Under the pieces are notes generated by a model. That model was not told the DNA's origin. It worked only from the letters and a program-made list of their open reading frames with translations, and made no database searches. Position numbers and translations under genes: made by a program. This document shows positions 26,405-39,066 of a stretch of 64,000 nt of DNA, in pieces. Position 1 is the stretch's first letter, and every line of letters starts with the position of its first letter. Origin of the DNA: Macrostomum lignano (taxonomy: Eukaryota); assembly GCA_002269645.1 (NCBI GenBank), contig NIVC01002983.1, positions 6,687 to 70,686 on the forward strand, in the 5' to 3' direction.

Positions 26405-26678
26405 ATTTCTGCTATCAATTTCGGAGATTCCGTTCTTCTCGGAGCGTCTGCACTGCATGCTGTTCCAATTGGAGCACGAGGACTGCGTCTCAGCGCTGGA
26501 GTCTCGCGTCACCGCGCTCATCTCGGTCTGCCGTCAGCTGTACGAGAGTCGATCGGTGCGAAAAGTGCTCAGCCTGGTGCTGGCGCTGGGCAACCTGCTC
26601 AACTATGGTACCAGCAGAGGGCGCGCTGATGGATTCGGTCTGGAGATTCTGGGCAAGCTGAAGGATTTGAGATCCTCG
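26405..26678 (+). CDS. FMN/capu: Formin exon 4 (FH2)
   Basis: FLLSISEIPFFSERLHCMLFQ...VLSLVLALGNLLNYGTSRGRADGFGLEILGKLKDLRSS, the FH2 GN..N.G and GF.L..L.KL motifs typical of the FMN subfamily. Confidence 0.95.
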
Positions 26679-26727
26679 GTTAGTTGATGAGGCTTATGCA
26701 TTTTAATACTGATGTAGCCATGTAACC

Positions 26728-27510
26728 TGTCTTAGGTGCTTACCTGCCTGTCTTAGGTGCTTACCTGCCTGTCTTAGGTGCTTACCTGCCTGTCTTACAT
26801 GTAGGTGCTTACCTGCCTGTCTTAGGTGCTTACCTGCCTGTCTTAGGTGCTTACCTGCCTGTCTTAGGTGCTTACCTGCCTGTCTTACATGTAGGTGCTT
26901 ACCTGCCTGTCTTAGGTGCTTACCTGCCTGTCTTAGGTGCTTACCTGCCTGTCTTAGGTGCTTACCTGCCTGTCTTACATGTAGGTGCTTACCTGCCTGT
27001 CTTAGGTGCTTACCTGCCTGTCTTAGGTGCTTACCTGCCTGTCTTAGGTGCTTACCTGCCTGTCTCAGGTGCTTACCTTAAGTTACCTGCCTGTTTAATT
27101 TATAGGTGCTTACCTGCCTGTTTTATTGGTGATTACCTGCCTGTTTTATTGGTGCTTACCTGCCTGTTTTATTGGTGCTTACCTGCCTGTTTTATAAGTG
27201 CTTACCTGCCTGTTTATTGGTGCTTACCTGCCTGTTTTATTGGTGCTTACCTGCCTGTTTATTGGTGCTTACCTGCCTGTTTATTGGTGCTTACCTGCCT
27301 ATCTTAGGTGCTTACCTTAAGTTACCTGCCTGTTTATTGGTGCTTACCTGCCTATCTTAGGTGCTTACCTTAAGTTACCTGCCTGTTTAATTTATAGGTG
27401 TTTACCTGCCTGTTTTATTGGTGCTTACCTGCCTGTTTTATTGGTGCTTACCTGCCTGTTTTATTGGTGCTTACCTGCCTGTTTCATTGGTGCTTACCTG
27501 CCTGTTTTAG
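26728..27510. repeat. 21/22-bp minisatellite (TCTTAGGTGCTTACCTGCCTG)n
   Basis: Direct, formin intron 4. Confidence 0.95.
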
Positions 27511-27871
27511 GTAAATGAGACAAAATGGGAAAACAGGGGTAAAAGAATAGGGAGTGGATATTGGATTGCTTGTGTGTAATTGTATCAAGTTACAGTTATT
27601 GCCTGAATAAAGCACTAGATATATTTTCATAATATTCTAAACTATGATGAGTATTGCTTAATCTGTCTCAGGCTGAGCATACTTGCGTTTCTCAAAGCTA
27701 CTTCAAGGTAAAGTATTATATTAGTTATGCCCAGTTCATTTGTTACATTAAAGTTCGACTGCTGTTGAAGTTTAAAGTTTAAAAAAACTTTGCTGACTAA
27801 ATCTTGCACTGTTTCTTGAAGTTTTACTTCAAAAACAAAACAGAACTCATCAAAAATGAATTTCATCTCAG

Positions 27872-28154
27872 GAGAACACCTGCACGCTATTCCAAGTGCT
27901 GGTTAGCATGTACATCGACGAGTACTGGGAGAGCGGCAGCCCCGAGCTGGGCACCGTAGTGCCGTTCCCTCTGCCCGACCCGGAAGAGGTCAAGCAAGCG
28001 GCTGAAGTGGACCTGGCCGGCGTGAAAGGCGAACTGCGGCACCTGTCGGCCAGGCTGATTGCCAACGAGAAGATCGTGAGAAAGGTGGCCACCTCGTCTG
28101 CGCCTAGCGAGCGGGAACCGTTTGCTAAGAAGATGAACTCATTTCTGGATAGAG
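27872..28154 (+). CDS. FMN/capu: Formin exon 5 (FH2)
   Basis: ENTCTLFQVLVSMYIDEY...PFPLPDPEEVKQAAEVD...EPFAKKMNSFLDR. The FPLPxP motif is characteristic of FMN/Capu. Phases are consistent. Confidence 0.93.
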
Positions 28155-28619
28155 GTGAGCTGAGGTCAGCAATGCTTGTAATAAGTAAATGTTGGATGCA
28201 GTAGTTTGTTTGTTTGTTCTGGGGAACCGTTCGCAAGTTTGGTTCGAGTGTGACATCCAGAGTAAATATTAGATAACAAACACTCAGGACTTGCTTGCAC
28301 CGTCGACACCGAATGAGCCATTGAATTTCATATGAATCCGATGTACAATCACGCAAAAATTGGCTTGGTTTGCATGCCGCCAGCTCTGTAGTAGGCCATC
28401 GTACTGGATTTGGAATGAAGACGTTAGTGCATCATCAAAGAAGCCGCCGGTTGTGTCATCGGTGTAAAAGCAGTTCAGGGAATCGAATATTCGAGCACTT
28501 GTACCAACGATTAACCATTTTTGTTGCACACACCTGCCAATTCAACAACAACATGTGCTGTCTAGGTCTTTACAAAGGTACATGTAGAGTCACCGGGCGC
28601 GCCTCTGGTCCGATCGAAT

Positions 28620-29125
28620 TCTGGACGCTGGCGTCAGCCAGCAGGCAGTTGACGAAACATCGAGTGCACGCCTGCCCCCTCCGGTAGGGTTGCCAGCAGC
28701 GTCAGCAGCAGAACCTTATGCACCGGCTGTGACCAGTGCGAGTTCATGGCGAATGATGTGGCCTCCCAGCTGGAGTCGGCGTAAAAGGTCGCTTGGACGG
28801 GCCAAGGGCGTTGCGGCGTTGATGAAATGGAAACTCTGCTCGTCGCCTGTGTTGAAGGCGTCGCAATTATGCAGTCCTTCCCACCGCCGAAGCTCAAGGC
28901 GATAATTTGATCTAGTCAAATGACTAGCGAGTAGTCAACCAGGCATGCCCATCCGCTGACCCCTGAGTACGCAAACGCGCTCAGACAGGATGTACAGTCC
29001 TGACGTAGTTCGATTCCGTTCTCTGCGACGTCTATCTAGAGCCGTGAGAGTCTCGACCATTGCGACCGAACCTCCAAGAAGCAGATCGTGTACATTCTTG
29101 ACGATTAGACAATGCATGTCTGTGT
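28620..29125 (-). mobile_element. Decayed RTE-clade LINE 3' fragment (copy 1)
   Basis: Frameshifted LARPSDLLRRLQLGGHIIRHE and PVHKVLLLTL, typical of the post-RT region of RTE-like LINEs. Homologous to 32110-32560. Confidence 0.65.
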
Positions 29126-29259
29126 GGTTGCTAACAGACAAGCACAGACATACTGCATCGATACTGCATCGATTCTAACGCGTCTTCATCATACCTTCTC
29201 TATACATTAGAAAATGGCCCCATGGTTCGTTTACTTTTCAATTTTCATTTTTCCTACAG

Positions 29260-29453
29260 CCAAAAAAGATTTAAGCGAATTTCGCGAAACAGTTACGGAC
29301 GCCGAGACTTGCTACTGCAACATTCTCATGTACTTCTGCCAGCCGCCATCCACACCGCCAAAGGAGTTTTTCAGCCACTGGGCAGCGTTTTGTGTCGATT
29401 TTAAAGAGCAGCTTAGGCGACAAGTTAATCTGCGGCAGCGAGGGGTCACGTGA
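29260..29453 (+). CDS. FMN/capu: Formin exon 6 (FH2 end); stops at 29453 or splices at 29450
   Basis: ttcctacag|(A)KKDLSEFRETVTDAETCYCNILMYF...PKEFFSHWAAFCVDFKEQL. The TGA overlaps a GTGAGT donor. Confidence 0.88.
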
Positions 29454-29488
29454 GTGTTTACAATATGTTTTAATTAGTAATTTTACTA

Positions 29489-30468
29489 CACCTTTTTACT
29501 TTCTGTTTTGAAAAATCTGCACTCAATATTGACATCTTTGGCATCGCTTGTTGAAATTTTTAACCTATTCTGACAAACCCAAATGCCATAGAGACGAATT
29601 TCAACTGAAATGACAAACTCCAACCTTTATTAACAATTTGCAAGCAATTTTGACACTGGGGTACAAAACAGTGCCTTTGTCTCGCCGTCTATGGAACAAA
29701 ACTTGCATATGTGCATGCATTTTTGACAGATTGCATCCAAGAGTGACAGTTGTAGCTTGCAGATCCCAACCCTAGCCGGGCCTAAGCGCCCTGACAGATC
29801 CGGTGAGAGTTCGTCCTGGCCAATCGCCCCGGCGAGTGTTCGCTGATCCCAGGTCCCGGACAGAGCAATATTGGGATCTGTCCTAATCGGGTTCTTCATG
29901 AACGCCAGCATGTCCTGATCTCCATTTGGCAGCTTTTCTACTCGTCCACTCCTAACAACGGCATACGCTGTGGTTCTTTTGATCTCCAAGGTACGAGCCA
30001 GGTAAAAAAGTCGTCACCATTCTCATGGGCAGTAGTTAACCGGTTAATTACTGGGTTAACCGCCTCCTGTCGTCGTCGCTAACTTTGGCGTTGACTCGCG
30101 GACCTGCCATACAGAACGTAATACGACTTGGCAAACTGATTAGCTACTGTTAACTGAATTTTTCAATGTGTGCTAATGTAATCTGTCACTTTTGGATGCA
30201 CTCTGTCAAAAATGCATGCACATATGCAAGTTTTGTTCCATAGACGGCGAGACAAAGGCACTGTTTTGTACCCCAGTGTCAAAATTGCTTGCAAATTGTT
30301 AATGAAGGTTGGAGTTTGTCATTTTCGGTTGAAATTCGTCACTATTGCATTTGGGTTTGTCAAAATAGGTTGAAAATTTCAACAAGCGATGCCACAGACT
30401 GTCAAAATTGAATGCAAAGATGTCAATATTGAGTGCAGATTTTTTAAAAATAGAAAGTAAAAAAGGTG
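29489..30468 (-). mobile_element. Internally deleted Tc1/mariner-IS630-type DNA transposon with long TIRs
   Basis: About 270-bp inverted repeats (29489-~29750 vs ~30180-30468), ends CACC...GGTG flanked by TA. Interior encodes a disrupted HTH transposase N-terminus from ATG 30110 (MAGPRVNAKVSDDDRRRL...LEIKRTTAYAVVRSGRVEKLP). Confidence 0.8.
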
Positions 30469-30532
30469 TAGTTGCAGGGGGATTACTAAGCAAAATATTG
30501 CATGGCCTACAAACAACCTTAGCCACTAATTA

Positions 30533-31322
30533 AGTAGTCACTCAATGGCCTCAGCCTACGGAATCAAGTAGTCAATCTATGGCCTCAGCCTACGGAATCA
30601 AGTAGTCACTCTATGGCCTCAGCCTACGGAATCAAGTAGTCACTCTATGGCCTCAGCCTACGGAATCAAGTAGTCAATCTATAGCCTCAGCCTACGGAAT
30701 CAAGTAGTCACTCTATGGCCTCAGCCTACAGAATCAAGTAGTCACTCTATGGCCTCAGCCTACAGAATCAAGTAGTCACTCTATGGCCTCAGCCTACAGA
30801 ATCAAGTAGTCACTCTATGGCCTCAGCCTACAGAATCAAGTAGTCACTCTATGGCCTCTGCCTAAAGAATCAAGTAGTCACTCTATGGCCTCAGCCTACA
30901 GAATCAAGTAGTCACTCTATGGCCTCAGCCTACAGAATCAAGTAGTCACTCTATGGCCTCAGCCTACAGAATCAAGTAGTCACTCTATGGCCTCAGACTA
31001 CATAATCAAGTAGTCACTCTATGGCCTCAGCCTACGGAATCAAGCAGTCACTCTATGGCCTCAGCCTACGGAATCAAGCAGTCACTCTATGGCCTCAGCC
31101 TACAGAATCAAGTAGTCACTCTATGGGCCTCAGCCTAAAGAATCAAGTAGTCACTCTATGGCCTCTGCCTACAGAATCAAGTAGTCACTCTATGGGCCTC
31201 AGCCTAAAGAATCAAGTAGTCACTCTATGGCCTCTGCCTACAGAATCAAGTAGTCACTCTATGGGCCTCAGCCTACGGAATCAAGCAGTCACTCTATGGC
31301 CTCAGCCTACAGAATCAAGTAG
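30533..31322. repeat. 34-bp minisatellite (ATGGCCTCAGCCTACAGAATCAAGTAGTCACTCT)n
   Basis: Direct. Confidence 0.95.
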
Positions 31323-32109
31323 TCTGGTCTCTCGATAATCATTTTTTCATCTTTCATCATTAATACTCCAAGGCATGTGCTGACTTTCTTGCATAAAATT
31401 TCAGAAAGTTCAACATCAGCTCTTCAGTGGAATCAAACGGCTAGCGTGGATCAAATGTATCCTGCAAGGCGCCCAGTTACCATGCAGGACCAGGCACCAA
31501 AATATCATCTGTGATTGACATGTACTGCCGATGCATATTTGTAGCAATTTTTTATTCACTTATTCTATTATTAAGCTTTGAGCACGGCCTATAATTGATC
31601 TTAAACTGCAGTTTGTTTATTCACAGTAACAAACCATTTTATTAGTCAATTCTCATTCTCCATATAGCCGACAGAGATTTTTATGTAGGCCATTCATTTA
31701 TACTAATTCTGATAGCAATACGCTGACCTCCACTGCACTCTTTGCGGATGCCTAACACGAATTCTTGCACCGCAATTAAAATTGCCATTTAACATAATGT
31801 AGTCGACTTTTATTGACCAATGAACACTTTAAGAGCGGTATTTCTTTAGCACCATGAGAATTTACTTAGGACTGACATGTATAAGCCCCTTCAAAGTTTT
31901 GCATTATAACTATAATAGTGCAGAAAAACACTCGACACATGTGACACAGTGCAGTCCATTTTTAAGCATTCGCTAAATAAATGGAATCCATTTGGCTCTT
32001 GCAGTTGTCTTGATACGAATCATTGATTTTCTGTACTTTAAAATCCGATCTGATAGCTGCATGTACGGATAAAAAACTTGCAGAGGTATATAATTCGGGG
32101 CTTTTAATT

Positions 32110-32560
32110 TGGATGCGTCACCGCGGCGTCAGCCAGAAGGTAATCGACGAACACGCCGAGTGCGCGCCTGTTCCCGTCGGTAGAGGGTTGCCTGCAGCGT
32201 CGTCAGCAGTGCGACTCGACGCGGATGATTTGGCCTCCCAGCAGCTGGAGTCGGCGCGACGGCGCAACCAGGTCACTTGGATGTTGGACAGATCAGGCCG
32301 ACGCGATGATACAGTGCCGCGCTGGAAACTCGCTCGTCGCTAATCTTGAAGGCGATGCGCAGCAGGCCAGCGTGAGCTGTGTTTCCATCAATTGTTGCTC
32401 AAGCGAGACCGTCTGCGTCCATGTCTTTAGCGTTGTACAGCAGGACGGTCTGCTCCACCGCCTGGATCATCTCTCGGACTGCAGTGCCGCATAGAACGCA
32501 AGGCAGCCCAGACAAGCCCGTCACGACGCCGCGCAGATCCTTGCGGACGTTGCGAATTAG
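32110..32560 (-). mobile_element. Decayed RTE-clade LINE 3' fragment (copy 2)
   Basis: Pieces VEQTVLLYNA, GLLRIAFKISDERVSSAALYHRVGL and LLTTLQATLYRREQARTRR, with stops and frameshifts. Confidence 0.7.
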
Positions 32561-35500
32561 ACTGTCAAGGTACATGTACATGAACTGCTGACCGAAAATT
32601 CTGAAACTCCATTGCCTGTCCGTCTGCGCCTTGGCACAAAATTGAAGCCTGTATGTCTTAAATTAGATGCATCGATGCATTTACCTGCGCCATGTAGCTA
32701 GTAATGTTGAATTAGGGTACATATACATGTAGCTATAGACTGTATATTTCTGGGAAGTAAACCAATAAAAAGTTAAAGTAGATGGCATCAATCTGCACTT
32801 GATTTTCTTAGAAATGATCGAGCTGGAGGCCCGTAAGGAACGTACATGTCTTATTTTTGCCAGGTAATAATGCCAGTGCATTCGCGATTCTTAATATGGT
32901 ACGTTTAGAGAAATTGGATTTTTCTAGCGCTGACGACGAAATTTGTATATGACTTGTAGCGCCTTGTTTCCCACTGTCCTTGCGATTAATAAAAAGTACT
33001 TTCTTTTGAGTGCCCACAAGCTAGGTTGTCTATGACCCAAACTCCAACTTTCGGTTTCAGCCGAACTTGTACTTTATTTTTTATTAAATAGACGCGATCG
33101 CCCCCCAGCCGAGGTTTAACCTTTCGCTCAACTTAATTAATAATCTTCATCCTTTGGTAGCCAGCGCTACAGACTAAACCTAATTATAAAATTCATGCAT
33201 CCCTGGGCCGTTTGTGTTTGAAACATGCATTTGAAACAAATACGTGCATTCTCCAAAGAACGGCACAGAATCGAACTAGGGGTCGTGGCGCGAGAGGCAG
33301 ACGCGTTTACCACAAGCGACTTCTCTCTGTTGACGATATATAGTTATTATATATATAGCGACTAATAATTATTCCTTCTTGAAAATCAGAGACGCTCCCG
33401 CCGCCACTTTACAACATTGCGCTACACTAAAAACTAAATAAGATTGGTACAAGTAAAAGATCAACGAATGACAGAATCGAGGTCAACTTTAACCAACCAT
33501 CTGGATGTGGCCGTCCCACATACCGGTCTAAGAGACAGTGGTTGTTTGTGGCACCAACATATGTACGCCTACATGTACCAGCTAAGGTAGAACTCACCAA
33601 AAAGCAAGCAAATAAAGCTTTTATTGACCAAGATTGGATTATATTCGAATTTCATCTCGACGGAAAAATCTACTTCTACATATACATAACCGAGGCTAGC
33701 TATCGAGCGGCGACAAGGGTAATCCCAACCAATTTGTGCAGATACAGAGGGCAGCTTTTCGAATGCTTTTTTTTGCGAGGTAGCCTGTTTTTTAAGCCTT
33801 CCTAAATTTATTAAACAATTAATAGCTAACAAAGTAAAAATATTTACCTTGACAAAAGAAGCTATGTGTAAAGTCGCCTTTGTTTGAATACTCATGCATG
33901 TCAAACAAAAAACAATTTCGAGAACAGATATTTCTTTCTTAGAATCACTGCCCACAACAACGAGTCTTAGTCCACAACGTCATTTCTGTTTTCTTCCACT
34001 TAGGCCTAGGCTTAGGCCTACGTCCATGAGTCCGGGACTGCAGGTTTTATTATTGGCCTAGAAATGAAAAGGCACAAAATATAGCATTGGTATTTGGTAC
34101 TATAGGCGGCAGGCCCATTGTGCAATGTAAAATGAGTCTGTTAGTTAACATTAGCTTCTGTTCTGACTGACTTTGTGAGTTATGTAGTGCATGTATAGTT
34201 AGTTATGTTATGTAGGCCCCTAATAAAGGAATTTAAAGCTGGCTGATATAGGCCCCTAATAACTTTTACAAGCCAGTGTTGCCACTAGGTGTCAGTATAA
34301 AAATTGAAGATAGTAAAATATAACTAGGGCCTAGATAAATTTTGTTAACAATAAGTCAATTAGAAACTTTCTATTTGAGTTGTCTATATTCTTTGACTAC
34401 TAGTCTCTAGAATAAATTTCTAGTTAAATCTCTATGCATGCAAAAAGTTTTGATAGGTCTAGGCTAGCTGTATTAGCATAAGCAATTAGTTTTTCTTGTA
34501 ATTTCCAATAGTTTTGATAACATTGCTTATTCTGACTAATGCTTTAGCCAAGAAGCTTCATTGGCTATATGCTAGGCCTAGCGCCTAGGCCCCTAATTTG
34601 CGTAAAAATATCATCTTCTATGGCTCTGCTAGATCATTTTTAACTTTAGAGATTCAAACTTATGGTATCATTGAATTTTTTTGTTAAACTATTTTTTCAA
34701 TGTTTTTTTCACACTATCTCCACCCCACACTCTGGATCATATAGGATATGCCCAAAAATTTGGGTGTGCATTGGCCTTGAATGCCAAAAATAGGCATGCA
34801 TAGTTGACATACATTGTCATTAAGGCCTATTCTTAAGAAAATAACATGTGTAGGCCTAATGCATGCATACTTGGCATGCACTCTATAGAATCATATGGGT
34901 TGTAGAAAAGTTATTATAAAGTAGAATAAAGATAAAAAAGGTTCATTTTAAGTTTAAATTTTAAGATTTTTGGGGGTTTTTAAGTTGGTAATAAAGCATT
35001 TAAATAAATCTGTAAATAGTATTGATTTATTTGATTTTTTACTATAAATAGTACTATTGAAAAAGTAGAAAAATGAACCAAATTGTTTGCATAAATGGGT
35101 TCATTAGGGGCCTATGCAATTTAAAATATGTCATTTATTGTCACAACATAAAAAAGGTCATTTTTGTTGCAACACTGGCATAGTTTTGAGATTAGATTAG
35201 ATATACATTCATTTTTCGGGATGCATTTTTAATTATTCAATTTTTGTTTGAGTGTTTACCTAGCATCATCTAGACTATGATCTCTACCTAAGAAGCTGAT
35301 TTTAGTATGTTTGGACATCCCCCAAGCTATTTGTATTAAAACAGTAAAATTATCTCTAGCAATTCTTAACAATTTTTAACAATTTGAAGTGTCAAAGTTT
35401 TGGATTTCAGATTAGTAAAAAATGTAAAAAACAATGAAAAAAATAATTAAAAACAATAATACAATGAGTATCAAGACTTGTATCAAAACTTAGCAGAGAT

Positions 35501-38151
35501 AATAATAGGCAATCTAGTATAGATATATCATGTTACCAAAAGTAGGCCCTATTGATAGGATAAAGCCAGCACCAAAGAAATTCTTCCAGATGTATGGTGA
35601 ATAGTACATTGCTAGTTCTATAAATGCAACAAAATTTAGCTTTCATGTGAGCCTAAGTTCCCTCAATGAGGTTTATATAGATGTATGATGCATTTGAGTC
35701 AATAAAAAGTAGGTAGGAGGGCCTAATTGTTGATTGTCAGGTGGTTTGGCATTGGCAATATGTTAAATGCCTATTAGCTATCTGTAACCCTGGTAAGACA
35801 TAATGCACAATGATAAAGAGCATGGTTGGCAGCTATGCAGTCTAGAACAACCACTATTATGCACTTTGTTGAACTATACTCTGCCTTTGCCATGCTAAGA
35901 ACCCACTGACTAGGTTGGAAAGCATCTTGATAGAACTTATGATATATGAAGTTGGGTTGATTCAAGTCAATTAAATTAACAAGCACCTGGGTACATATTT
36001 TGCTAATAAAGTTTTGCTAATCTACCATAGCTTTGTGGTAAACACCTATCTAGATACAGCATTTAGACTGTCTTTCTTACAGTGCCTACCAATACATGAG
36101 ATATACAATCTATTGCAAGGATTGCTTTGATGCTTGAAAGAATGAATCCTTGCATATGGACACCTGACTATGGCATGCTATATAAGCCTAGGCAACACCA
36201 TCAATATACTAGTCTCCAACATAGCATTGTAGATGCATAGGCCTAGGTATATCACTAGCTTTATAAACAGTTGTGCTAGTTCTTAAGAAGTCAGTAGGTT
36301 GCTAGCTATTCAATAGTTTGCTAGGTGTCCTATGTTAGCCTAGTCAACTCTGCCATTGGCATGTTTCTCTTGATCAGCTCAATAGTATTATGTAGCAAGT
36401 TTAGATTTATAATAAATAATGGTGCTATGGGGCAGCCTCTTAGCATGGTATTGATAGACTTAATAGTTAATGGTCTTAGCAAGAACTTAGCAGCAAGAAC
36501 AAGTCTGAGTGCTTATACTCTCCCTCTGTCTAACCGACTCATCCTTTTGGGCCATGGACACTCCTAAGCATTAGTGCTATATCGGACAATACAACAAGAT
36601 GTAAAATTGAGGGGAGGGTATTGCTATGCACATTTCACTTTGTAATCCCTTCTCAATTCTCTTTGAATGCTTTTCTTTGTACTATATATGAAGTAAAAGC
36701 AAATGCCTTTAAGCGAGCCAAGGCCTCTTGAGTAAAACACTAGAACAAAGAAGTATTATAGTTATGGAATATAATCATTTCAAGGCAATTTTGTATTTAA
36801 ATGATTGTCTTCCAAAAATGAAATAGGATATGAGATGTTCATTCATAAAAAAGTTATATGTTCTATGACTGCATGAAATTAGCAAAATTGACTAGAAAAG
36901 TTATAGTTTTGGAACATGATCATTTTAATGCAATTTTCATATTTAAAGGATTGTTATCCAGAATAGATATAATACACAAGGTGCAAAAATATACAAATGC
37001 TAAAAGGATCATTTGTTCCAATAAATCAAAACTTTTTTCTCTGGAAACAGTTTGTTATATATTGTTCTAAAAACTTCTAAGCTTTATTTTATTTATTCAA
37101 AACATTTTATAGTGATCATTATTTTACTCAGTGATTGTTATCCCAAAGATTGTTATCTACAAGTTAGTGGGACTAGTGGGTATGACCATTGAAATAGGCC
37201 CCTTAGTAACCAATTTCAAAAACAGTAGAATGATTGACTAAAATTTTATCAAAATTTTTTCACAAACAATCTGATAAAACTACCATCTATCTGTCAAAAA
37301 ATTGAATAATTCTCTACTTATCCTTGCTTTTATAACTGCAGTTTTTATGTTCTAACTATGAGAAAGTGAAAAATAATATGACAAAACTAATGGAGGCTGA
37401 AGCAACAGTTCATTAGTTTATTGCAGGCTTATTTAATGTCTTGACATGCTATTTAAATTCATAATGCAGACCAAAGTACTGAGTACATGTTTTATGATGC
37501 ATGATAAATGTTATGTTTTTAATCATCAGAAAACTGTCGAAAGGCAATTAAAATCTCAAATTGCCTGTGATTAAAATTGCCAGAAGTGACAAAACCCTTG
37601 ACCTTTTTACAAGTTTGCAACAATTCATTTGTTTATGTATAAATTAACCTTTTGATTTTTAATGTCTGCAACACATTAAAGAACCAAGTCATAAGTACAG
37701 AGAAAATACACAAGACTATAAGCTAAAAAAGTAGGAATGGACAAAGTCTAACTGCAAACCCTTCCTATTTACTACTAAGATCTCCAAAGAAAAGTAAATG
37801 ATGTCAAGGTTGTAATTTAGCACAAATACTTGTAGTTAGTGCTAGTTACTATGTGGATAAAATGCAAATTGCAATTGTCATTGCTAATAATTTAGCAACA
37901 TTTCAATTGAATTATTCAATACTTAATATATTCCTATTTACTAAAAATAAGTAATATAAAATTCATTTTATCTATGAGTTATGCACTAGCCTAAACTTCT
38001 AATGTGACATCTTGTTATGTATTTGTTTATCTACTGTATGTAGCAAACATGATACATCTCATGCTACATGTACTGATAGTGCATGTATGTACTGTCTAAA
38101 AAGACTTTTATTAGTCAGTTGTTATAAAATGTGCGCTTTTTCAGATGCCCC

Positions 38152-38409
38152 ATGGCCAGTCCAGAAGAGGACACTGGTCGCAATAGAGATTCGCTCTCGC
38201 CTCAATTTGATGATGTCAATGATGATGACGAAAATGACAGTAATGATAGCTACAGTTCGGATGCAGATGAAGATGATGCTGGGCAGCTTGGTGGACAGGA
38301 GTTGGATCCAGCTGTCTGGTGCTTGTTGGATAGGGTTGGACGGAGGCACTGGCTTAACAGCGATGGACTGCTGCTGATTGGTCGGGAGGATTGCAGCCTC
38401 ATGCTTAAG
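38152..38409 (+). CDS. CEP170: CEP170-like exon 1 (acidic extension plus FHA start)
   Basis: WCLLDRVGRRHWLNSDGLLLIGREDCSLMLK resembles the CEP170 N-terminus (WFLVSSGGTRHRL...VGRDDCELML). Donor at 38410. Confidence 0.85.
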
Positions 38410-38438
38410 GTGACTGTTAGTGCATTCGTTTGGTTAGC

Positions 38439-38500
38439 CATCTGTCTATCTATCTGTCTATCTATCTATCTATCTATCTGTCTATCTATCTATCTATCTG

Positions 38501-38531
<31 letters not shown>

Positions 38532-38864
38532 GTCTGTCTATCTATCTATCTATCTGTCTATCTATCTATCTATCTATCTGTCTATCTATCTATCTATCTA
38601 TCTATCTGTCTATCTATCTATCTATCTATCTATCTGTCTATCTATCTATCTGTCTATCTATCTATCTGTCTATCTATCTATCTGTCTATCTATCTATCTA
38701 TCTGTCTATCTATCTATCTGTCTATCTATCTATCTATCTATCTATCTGTCTATCTATCTATCTATCTATCTATCTGTCTATCTATCTATCTGTCTATCTA
38801 TCTATCTGTCTATCTATCTATCTATCTGTCTATCTATCTGTCTGTCTATCTATCTATCTATCTG

Positions 38865-38906
<42 letters not shown>

Positions 38907-38912
38907 ATCTAT
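38439..38912. repeat. (TATC/TGTC)n microsatellite, CEP170 intron 1
   Basis: Direct. Confidence 0.96.
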
Positions 38913-38976
38913 CTGTATGCCTACGTACCTACCTGGTAAAATTGCTAGATATTAATTAGCCTATTAAAAATTCCAG

Positions 38977-39066
38977 TCGCACAGCGTGGACCCTCAGCAC
39001 GCTGTGATGACATACGACTCCGAGCTCAGACTGTATCGCGTCAAAGACCTCGACACTGTTAACGGG
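38977..39066 (+). CDS. CEP170: CEP170-like exon 2 (FHA)
   Basis: SHSVDPQHAVMTYDSELRLYRVKDLDTVNG|GTAAGC carries the FHA S..H and NG motifs. Confidence 0.93.
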
